IMG/VR virus record: IMGVR_UViG_3300037311_000466
Span: 1 to 36,003 of that record
Source of the DNA: a virus
Taxonomy: Duplodnaviria > Caudoviricetes
Length of the DNA stretch: 36,003 nucleotides
Strand: one strand, 5' to 3'
Both the position numbers and the translations under genes were made by a program. Numbering within the stretch: position 1 is the stretch's first letter; each line of letters begins with the position of its first letter. The notes beneath the pieces are model-generated. The model was not told the origin of the DNA. It did not search any database and saw only the letters and a program-made list of their open reading frames with translations. Positions 1 through 6,652 of this stretch are shown piece by piece.

Positions 1-732
1 ATGCATAACGCTCCTAAATTTTTAAAAATAACCCCACCTAAAAATGGTCGAAGATGGGCAATCGGTGATATTCACGGTTGTTTTTATACACTTAAAGTAC
101 TTTTAGAGGATAGATTAAGCATTTGTCAGAATGATCATATTTATTTTTTGGGCGATTATATCGATAAAGGCCCACATAGCCATTTAGTATTGGATTATCT
201 GATGGATTTGCAAGTCAATGGTTATCAGTTATTTACCTTACGGGGCAATCACGAAGAAAATCTTTTATACGCCCAGCAAAATTATAATGATAGAATGTTA
301 AGGCTATTTGTAGCAAAAATGAATAAATCTCCTCAATTAATGGCTGACGATGGTCGTGTTAAGTCTGTTTATATTGATTTTTGTGAAAAAATGCCCTATT
401 ATATTGAATTGCAAGATTATTTTTTGGTTCACGCCGGATTCAGATTTCATTTAGCCGAGCCTTTTGCTGATTGGATAGGGATGTTAGAAGTAGGAAAAAC
501 TGATTCAGCGGCTATTTATTTAGAAAATAAAACTCTATTAGTCGGGCACCACCCCACAAATATCAGTGAAATTGAAAAAATGATTCTTCAAAAACAAAAA
601 ATAATTTGCTTAGACAATGGTTGTGTATATAACAAACCTCATAAACGCTTGGATTTCAATCAATTAGGTCATTTGTGTGCTTTTAATTTAGATACTTGGG
701 AGTTAATCAGACAAAAGAATCTGGATATATAA
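1..732 (+). CDS. Metallophosphoesterase (PPP/calcineurin-like Ser/Thr phosphatase family), probably a host gene flanking the prophage
   Basis: Motifs GDIHG, GDYIDKG, RGNHE, VHAG, GH and LDNGCV occur in canonical order. Confidence 0.9.
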   Translation: MHNAPKFLKITPPKNGRRWAIGDIHGCFYTLKVLLEDRLSICQNDHIYFLGDYIDKGPHSHLVLDYLMDLQVNGYQLFTLRGNHEENLLYAQQNYNDRMLRLFVAKMNKSPQLMADDGRVKSVYIDFCEKMPYYIELQDYFLVHAGFRFHLAEPFADWIGMLEVGKTDSAAIYLENKTLLVGHHPTNISEIEKMILQKQKIICLDNGCVYNKPHKRLDFNQLGHLCAFNLDTWELIRQKNLDI

Positions 733-803
733 ACTAAAAATCAAAAAATAAACTTTTTAAAACCGATTTAAAGAGTAATATCTCGAAATAATACAAGTAT
801 TTG

Positions 804-872
804 AGCGGGTGGATGGTTACAAACCTCGCCTCCGAAATGGAAATTCGGCACTCTATTTTAAGCTACACCCGC
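804..872 (-). tRNA. Non-canonical tRNA-Gly(UCC)-like gene
   Basis: Minus strand reads GCGGGTG TA GCTT AAAATA GAGT G CCGAA TTTCCAT TTCGG AGGC GAGG TTTGTAA CCATC CACCCGC T. It has a perfect 7-bp acceptor stem, a perfect 5-bp anticodon stem, anticodon TCC and discriminator U. The D-loop lacks GG, the T-loop lacks TTCG, the T-stem is bulged, and no CCA is encoded (CAA follows). Confidence 0.8.
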
Positions 873-878
873 GTATGA

Positions 879-1589
879 TTAATTCATTTTCTCGCCTTTA
901 TACATTTTTGCGCCCATTTCTTTTATTTTCTCAAAAGGCAAAACAGGCACACTTAATTCAGCTTTTTTATCTATAAGGTAGATATATCTAAGTTGATAAC
1001 CTTCCATCTTTTTAGCCCCAATTTCAAAATACTTCTTTAATGATGTGCTGCCATCCAAAGGTAAGCCATATTTTAAAGCTATTTCCCGGCACTTTTTCTG
1101 AGTTACATTAGCAGTCAGGCTTGTTTGCACAATTTTTTCTCCATCCGGCATCACCATTATACTTTTATTAGGGTTAATACCCGTTAAAACAAATCCTGAT
1201 GCTCTATAAATAGTGCCGTCTCCACATTGAGTCCCATCGGCAAAACTCAAAATCCAACGAATATGCGGGCAATGCTTTTTAATCAATCTAATGGCAATAG
1301 CTATACACCTACTTTCGGAGTTCTTGGGCAAAAAATCATCAAAAGCCATTCGGTTAAGCTCTATAAAGTCATACCATCGGGTATTTTTAACCAAACCTAT
1401 CACTTTCCGCTTATCTAAGGGGCTGCCGAAACTTAACACACCGTGCAGGTAATCTTCATAAAAACAGCCAAAATGCAAATTGCTGTTTTGGCAAACTTTG
1501 CCGGAATAATGATGCGCTTGCACAAATTCATTAGCCGTTTTTCGGTCAATGCGATATATTTTTATATCCTTTATGCTGATTCCGCCCAT
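879..1589 (-). CDS. Mom-like adenine modification enzyme (GNAT fold)
   Basis: Motifs ANEFVQAHHYSG, IELNRMAF, NSESRCI and ILSFADGTQCGDGTIYRASGF match phage Mom-family proteins. Its terminal position in a Mu-like genome matches Mu mom. Confidence 0.8.
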   Translation of the reverse strand: MGGISIKDIKIYRIDRKTANEFVQAHHYSGKVCQNSNLHFGCFYEDYLHGVLSFGSPLDKRKVIGLVKNTRWYDFIELNRMAFDDFLPKNSESRCIAIAIRLIKKHCPHIRWILSFADGTQCGDGTIYRASGFVLTGINPNKSIMVMPDGEKIVQTSLTANVTQKKCREIALKYGLPLDGSTSLKKYFEIGAKKMEGYQLRYIYLIDKKAELSVPVLPFEKIKEMGAKMYKGEKMN

Positions 1590-1804
1590 TCTTTTATAAT
1601 TTGATGTAAGGCGTTACCATTGCTGTTTTTATTGACTCCATCGCCCAAAACCCCTTTCTTCTTAACCTTCTTGATTGCCTCATCCACTTCTCTGGCTTGT
1701 TGAAATGAAAAGGTGAATGTTTTTTGGGTAATTACTGGGTCGTCTCCGGCGGGCAATCTAATCTCATCAACAATCTTCACTTCGTCAATATGTATTTTTC
1801 GCAT
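1571..1804 (-). CDS. Small protein coupled to the Mom-like gene; resembles the C-terminal segment of ParB-domain partners of Mom-like genes
   Basis: LPAGD...QKTFTF...Q...NKNSNGNALxxIIKEW pattern recalled from such partner proteins; overlaps the mom start by 19 bp. Confidence 0.55.
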   Translation of the reverse strand: MRKIHIDEVKIVDEIRLPAGDDPVITQKTFTFSFQQAREVDEAIKKVKKKGVLGDGVNKNSNGNALHQIIKEWAESA

Positions 1805-1918
1805 TTGGCTTTAAAAATTGAATGGGCTTTAAAAGGCATTTAAAATATACTTCAAATGTCTTTCAAAACCCAAATCTTTGTTAATGGCCTTTTTTACGAA
1901 TTAATTATAGGAAGGTTG

Positions 1919-1950
1919 CAAAATTATAAAGAAAAATGACAACCCTCAAA
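1919..1950 (-). promoter_or_regulatory. Bacteroidota housekeeping-sigma promoter for the 77-aa / Mom / tRNA operon
   Basis: Minus strand has TTTG (1950-1947), a 20-nt spacer, then TAATTTTG (1926-1919) followed by CA, matching the -33 TTTG / -7 TAnnTTTG consensus. Confidence 0.6.
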
Positions 1951-2736
1951 AGAAAAAGTATAATTCGGGTCTATCACCACACTCTGACCGCCCCCTGCAT
2001 TGTAAAAATTAATCACCCCGACTCCATTACTCCCAATCACAATGTTAGCGAACTTTGTGCCGTTTTCAGTAATTAGATTAAACTGCCGCGCCCCGCTTGG
2101 TCTATAACCTACCGGTAAGGTAAAAGCAGTCGTGCCGGAAGCCAGTTGATTGCCTGATGAGTTGATAATTCCACCTCTAAAAAAAACTATTCCATCCTTC
2201 TTTTTCACCTCAAAGTCTATGTCTTGGGTAGGTAGCGAAGAAAAATTACCGTTAATACCCGCCGACACCCAATCCGCATTTAATAAAGAATCTAAGGTGG
2301 ATTTTTTATACACCAAACCTTCAAATAATTTAGTCCCCTCAGTAGTGGTCGAGATACCAATGCTTTGCAAGCCCCCACCGGGAGGATTGTCTTGAATCTT
2401 GGCGCGTTTTGCGCTAAAACGCTTTTGTGTGCCTCCCAAAAACAAGGCACGGTCTATTTCATCCACATCAGTATCAGCTACAATAAATCTGGTTGAACCT
2501 AAATTAAGGCCAGTTTGCGCGGGCAAACTCCTCAACTTCCCGTCAATGAAGACTACCCCTGCCGAAACATTATTATTCGGAGCTACACCGCTTACCACGC
2601 AACCCGATACAATAAAAGCGGCAGACAATTGCCCAAACATATCTTGAATGGCTTGCAAAGTTATTTGCAAAGCCCCCAAATCATCGTCCATCAGCTCGAT
2701 ACCATCGCCGAGGTCGGTTAATATAATTTCTTTCAT
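1924..2736 (-). CDS. Short tail fibre / receptor-binding protein
   Basis: N-terminal IVSGC...AGVVFIDGKL baseplate-anchor-type segment, C-terminal GIVFFRGG...FTLPVGYRPS fibre head motif, and position after the baseplate wedge genes. Confidence 0.65.
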   Translation of the reverse strand: MKEIILTDLGDGIELMDDDLGALQITLQAIQDMFGQLSAAFIVSGCVVSGVAPNNNVSAGVVFIDGKLRSLPAQTGLNLGSTRFIVADTDVDEIDRALFLGGTQKRFSAKRAKIQDNPPGGGLQSIGISTTTEGTKLFEGLVYKKSTLDSLLNADWVSAGINGNFSSLPTQDIDFEVKKKDGIVFFRGGIINSSGNQLASGTTAFTLPVGYRPSGARQFNLITENGTKFANIVIGSNGVGVINFYNAGGGQSVVIDPNYTFSFEGCHFSL

Positions 2737-2738
2737 AT

Positions 2739-3239
2739 TTAAAAATATTCAATTGTATAATATTTGCCCGCCAATTTATATTTATCGACCAATGCTCTCA
2801 ATTCTAATTCATTGACCGTCAAGGCATTAGGAATATTGATAATAAAGGAAACATTCAGGCTCCCAGTTCCGGCAAATAAGAAAAAACCCTCCCGATTGGG
2901 TACGGTTGAACCATCCCGATAAATATAAGGCTTATCATAATTAATCAAATTATTCCCATCCCTAAACACAAACCGCCGGGGGCGCGGAAACCCATTGATG
3001 AAAATCCGCCTCAGCGTATTGTCATATTTATCATTCAACAAACGCTCTAAACTAATCACCTGCCCGGTAAAATCTAGCTCGTAGCGTTTATAATCTATAA
3101 ACTCGACAAACTGCCCGTGTAATTGATTCACCGGCCACAACAAAGCCCTTAACCACGCCACTTGCTTGGGCTTTCGTAATAGACTAGGCAAGAGCCAAGT
3201 GATGAGCTTCGTAATATCCCAATTATAATTATTCATCAA
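2739..3239 (-). CDS. Baseplate wedge protein (P2 gpI / Mu gp48-like)
   Basis: LLPSLLRKP, GQVISLERLLND and VDKYKLAGKYY motifs; directly follows the baseplate J-like gene. Confidence 0.65.
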   Translation of the reverse strand: MMNNYNWDITKLITWLLPSLLRKPKQVAWLRALLWPVNQLHGQFVEFIDYKRYELDFTGQVISLERLLNDKYDNTLRRIFINGFPRPRRFVFRDGNNLINYDKPYIYRDGSTVPNREGFFLFAGTGSLNVSFIINIPNALTVNELELRALVDKYKLAGKYYTIEYF

Positions 3240-4027
3240 GCAATATAGGTAATGTTTGAATTGGCCAAATCTAACTCCATATAACCCGCTTCGGTAATGT
3301 AGGTTGAGCCTACAAGCACATTGTTAGCCCCTTGCACGGCTCTCAACTCGGCAGTATCAGCATTTACATTGATGATTCCTTCCACATCTTCAATCGCCTC
3401 AATAAGCTTGTTTTTGTAAAAAACACCGTCAAAAGGTATGATAAATAGAAAATCACGAATCGCCTGCTCCACATCTGCCTGTATATCTATTAGCGTATAA
3501 ATAGCATCATAACTAATACTGGCCGTAATACGCAATTGATCAGCCTCCAAACTTACCACGCTCACCTCTGTACCTGCCGCCTTCATCTTATTAATGTAAG
3601 CCTCAAATTGCGATTTCTCCCCAACTGACAAAGCCTCGGGGTTATCCACATCGCCTTTGGCAACTTTCAAAGTAAGTACCCCTGCACCCTCTCTAAAACT
3701 CGCCCGAGTTACGATTTGCTTTTCGGGATCAATTACGCTATAGGGCTGATTATCCGGTAATTGCTCTATATTATCACCTAATTGGAATTTTTTAGCTATC
3801 TCAACATACCAACGAGCCGTTCCCCAGCGCGAAGCATCTATTTTAGCCTGCACCTCAGCTCGAAACAAATCCCACATCTGCTCCAATACATTGATAATCA
3901 CAGCCGCGATATACGCCCACAAATTCCAAATAGCCACTAAGCTAGTAGAATTTAATCCGGATAATTCAGGCTCTAATGACTTTTGAGTCAATATAGCCTG
4001 CTTTATTTCATTGACGGTTCTAGCCAT
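3236..4027 (-). CDS. Baseplate J-like protein
   Basis: MARTVNEIK...S.VAIWNLW...GTARWY...FQLGD...LKVAK...KAAGT pattern typical of Bacteroidota contractile-tail baseplate J proteins. Confidence 0.75.
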   Translation of the reverse strand: MARTVNEIKQAILTQKSLEPELSGLNSTSLVAIWNLWAYIAAVIINVLEQMWDLFRAEVQAKIDASRWGTARWYVEIAKKFQLGDNIEQLPDNQPYSVIDPEKQIVTRASFREGAGVLTLKVAKGDVDNPEALSVGEKSQFEAYINKMKAAGTEVSVVSLEADQLRITASISYDAIYTLIDIQADVEQAIRDFLFIIPFDGVFYKNKLIEAIEDVEGIINVNADTAELRAVQGANNVLVGSTYITEAGYMELDLANSNITYIA

Positions 4028-4049
4028 TTTTTAACTTTTAATTTGTTAC

Positions 4050-4433
4050 TTACACCTCTTCAATGCTCAGGAAAGGCTCTAAAACTTCAAGAAACACTGG
4101 TGGTATTTGTGCGTCTCCAAAGCCTTCTAATTTTAATTCAGGAGTACCGTGAATCTCTATGTTGGTTTTGAGCAATTCATCGTGTTCCTTTTCCATCTCC
4201 TCGAGCTCTTTGGTGCCCACCAAATTTTTAAAATTTGTGGTTTCATTATAGCCATATTTTAGCCACAAGTCTTTTTTTTGCTCATAATAATCTTTTTGTA
4301 AAGCATTCAGTTTTTTTCTGATTTGCAGAATTTGAAAGGAGAAGTAGGCTTTAAAGGTAAACTGTTGGGCAAGTAGATTAATAACATTACAAGCTTTCAG
4401 CGCATCTTCTAAACTAAGGTTTTTAACTTTCAT
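4050..4433 (-). CDS. Hypothetical helical phage protein in the tail-fibre cassette (possible fibre chaperone)
   Basis: 127-aa ORF co-oriented with the tail genes; function inferred from position only. Confidence 0.45.
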   Translation of the reverse strand: MKVKNLSLEDALKACNVINLLAQQFTFKAYFSFQILQIRKKLNALQKDYYEQKKDLWLKYGYNETTNFKNLVGTKELEEMEKEHDELLKTNIEIHGTPELKLEGFGDAQIPPVFLEVLEPFLSIEEV

Positions 4434-4458
4434 AATTTTTGATTTTAAATTTTAGTTC

Positions 4459-6615
4459 TTAATTTTTTGGTCTTATACCTATCAAGGAGACATTGATTGG
4501 GTTAATCCCCAAAGCTAAAGCTGGGCTTCCATTCGGAAAGGTATATATTTCATTATTGTAATCGGTAAATATGCTTGCCCCTGTTACAACACTATTCAAG
4601 TCTAATCCTAGAGTTTTGTCAGCGTTGTTTTGATTGCTTACCCAACTTGCATTAGGATAATAGAGGTTGTAGTCGGCTTGTAGTTCTAAGTACCAATTAG
4701 CGTAAGCATTATCTTCTTTCAAAAGTGCTGGTTGCTTCCCAGACTCAAGGTGATAAATAATGTTTCTATTGGCTTGGCTATAATAATAATTTTCCTGTGC
4801 CGGATTGAGATAACCGAAAACATCTAATATAGAAGCATCAGCTTTTTGAATACTTCTTAAATCAAGAATGAAGTTATTATTATATTTATTGTTATCATGC
4901 TTAATGGTGATTCCTACATAAGCGTGATTGCGGATAATGTTGTTTTCTATCGTAGCCAATCGCGTTTGGTCATCCGTGCGAATGCCGCCCCAAGTGCCGG
5001 GGCCTAGGCAATCTTTGATATAATTAAAAGTAATGCGGTTATAGTACCCGCAAGAGCTGATATATATGCCATTGGTATCATTGATGCGCCCGGAATAGGT
5101 AATGTTACTTAGCTTGTTATAGCTAATATCATTATAACTAGAGGATAAAAACCTAATAATAGGCTCCCAAGCATCTACAATCGGCACTTCTGGCCTTACA
5201 ATGGCTTTGCCGACCTCCCTTCTGGTTTGATAATTGGCATTGAAATGAAAGGATCTGCCGGAGCAAATGGAGATACCATTGGCTGGACAGTTTTTAAGCT
5301 CATTCCATTTTACTTGGTTGTAGCCTGATTGCCAAATGGCAATCCCACTACTGCCTTGATGTAGCCAGCCAATATTATCTACTGAGTTGTTGGTAATGAC
5401 ATTATTGCGACTTCTACGAGTTAATGAAATATCAATATCACTCACTACAATCCCATTACCGCCGAGATTTTTGAATTCACAGTAATTGACCGTTATATTT
5501 CTACAGTGTCCATCCAGCCTAAGTCCACTCGCCCCTGAATCTATGAAAACGCAATCTTGAATTCTGCAAGATTCGGCATTTTTGAGTTTCATTATGGCGT
5601 CATTAGCATCCACGAGGTGGAAATCGTGTAGCCCTCCTTTGTCGGCATCTACCCAATAGTAGGCATTTGCCCATCTAAATTTAAGATTAGTGAAACTTAA
5701 ATTCTTAACAGGGTTGGAGGGGCTACTGCCTTCTACTCGTATGAACTCGACTAGCTTGGGGATTTTGTAGGCTTTGGCATTGGGGCTTATGTCGCCACTT
5801 GGCCAAAGGTATATTCGATTGGTGGTACTATTAAAAACAAAGGTGTTTTGGGTAATATTGCCAATCCAATTATGTAAATAGGCTGTTTTTGTTTTGTCAG
5901 TGCGGTAATAAGAGTAAATCTGCGTCATAAAGGCACTGGCCGGAACCGAGGTGACGGCTGTATTAGTGCCGGTATTGACCGAAGAAAAGCCCTTGAGCAC
6001 ATTAAACATATAAGCCACCCGGGGCGTGATGCTAACGTAGATGTCGCTCAGATTAGCATTCGGAATTTTCCCCGATGGGAAATGCAAAGTATTGAGGTTA
6101 GCTGGATTGGTATTATCGTCATAAGCAGGAGTCCATCCGGCATCGATTGAATGATATAGGAGAGAATTAGTCGGACTGATTAGAAACCCGGAAAAAGGCT
6201 GACCGGTAGTATTATATTCATATAGCTTGCCTGCACTCCCACCGGGCTGATTGCTTACAACTCCGCTCAATACCCAACTGGTGGCATCTGCATAAGAGGT
6301 GATATATACATTCTCTTTGGATGCTCCTTTCCACTCTATCTGTACCCCTGACCCAACATCTTGATTATTGAAAATCAGGGTATTACTCAAATTGTAAGTA
6401 CCCGCCCGCAGGATTACTTCAATCTTCCCCTTATAACCTTGCGCTATTAGCTCCCTTACTCTGGCTTGAGCTTTATTCAAAGTTAAATACGGTTGTCTAT
6501 ATGCGCCAGTATTATTGTCATTGCCATTGGGGCTTACTACTACTTGCCTTGTTTGGGCAAATGCAGCTACTATCCAAAAGGAAAATAAAAGACTTAAAAT
6601 TATTTTTTTCATCAT
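4459..6615 (-). CDS. Right-handed parallel beta-helix protein (GH141/pectin-lyase-like, candidate depolymerase) with N-terminal signal peptide
   Basis: VSPNGNDNNTG...PYLTLNKAQ...VILRAGTY, Asn-rich beta-helix repeats, DTNGIY and IRTDD motifs; starts with the Sec-type signal MKKIILSLLFSFWIVAAFA-Q. Confidence 0.75.
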   Translation of the reverse strand: MMKKIILSLLFSFWIVAAFAQTRQVVVSPNGNDNNTGAYRQPYLTLNKAQARVRELIAQGYKGKIEVILRAGTYNLSNTLIFNNQDVGSGVQIEWKGASKENVYITSYADATSWVLSGVVSNQPGGSAGKLYEYNTTGQPFSGFLISPTNSLLYHSIDAGWTPAYDDNTNPANLNTLHFPSGKIPNANLSDIYVSITPRVAYMFNVLKGFSSVNTGTNTAVTSVPASAFMTQIYSYYRTDKTKTAYLHNWIGNITQNTFVFNSTTNRIYLWPSGDISPNAKAYKIPKLVEFIRVEGSSPSNPVKNLSFTNLKFRWANAYYWVDADKGGLHDFHLVDANDAIMKLKNAESCRIQDCVFIDSGASGLRLDGHCRNITVNYCEFKNLGGNGIVVSDIDISLTRRSRNNVITNNSVDNIGWLHQGSSGIAIWQSGYNQVKWNELKNCPANGISICSGRSFHFNANYQTRREVGKAIVRPEVPIVDAWEPIIRFLSSSYNDISYNKLSNITYSGRINDTNGIYISSCGYYNRITFNYIKDCLGPGTWGGIRTDDQTRLATIENNIIRNHAYVGITIKHDNNKYNNNFILDLRSIQKADASILDVFGYLNPAQENYYYSQANRNIIYHLESGKQPALLKEDNAYANWYLELQADYNLYYPNASWVSNQNNADKTLGLDLNSVVTGASIFTDYNNEIYTFPNGSPALALGINPINVSLIGIRPKN

Positions 6616-6626
6616 TATAATTAGGT

Positions 6627-6651
6627 TAAACAGTTGATTATCAGTATATTA
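6627..6651. promoter_or_regulatory. 25-bp palindrome TAA-N5-TGATTATCA-N5-TTA, copy 1
   Basis: TAA ACAGT TGATTATCA GTATA TTA; intergenic, 11 nt upstream of the 6615 start. Confidence 0.7.
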
Positions 6652-6652
6652 A

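Noticed and set aside
804-872. tRNA as an integrase attachment-site remnant
   Set aside because: The element is full length, abuts the mom stop codon on the same strand, and the phage encodes a MuA transposase with no integrase in the window. It cannot be fully excluded without seeing the other end.
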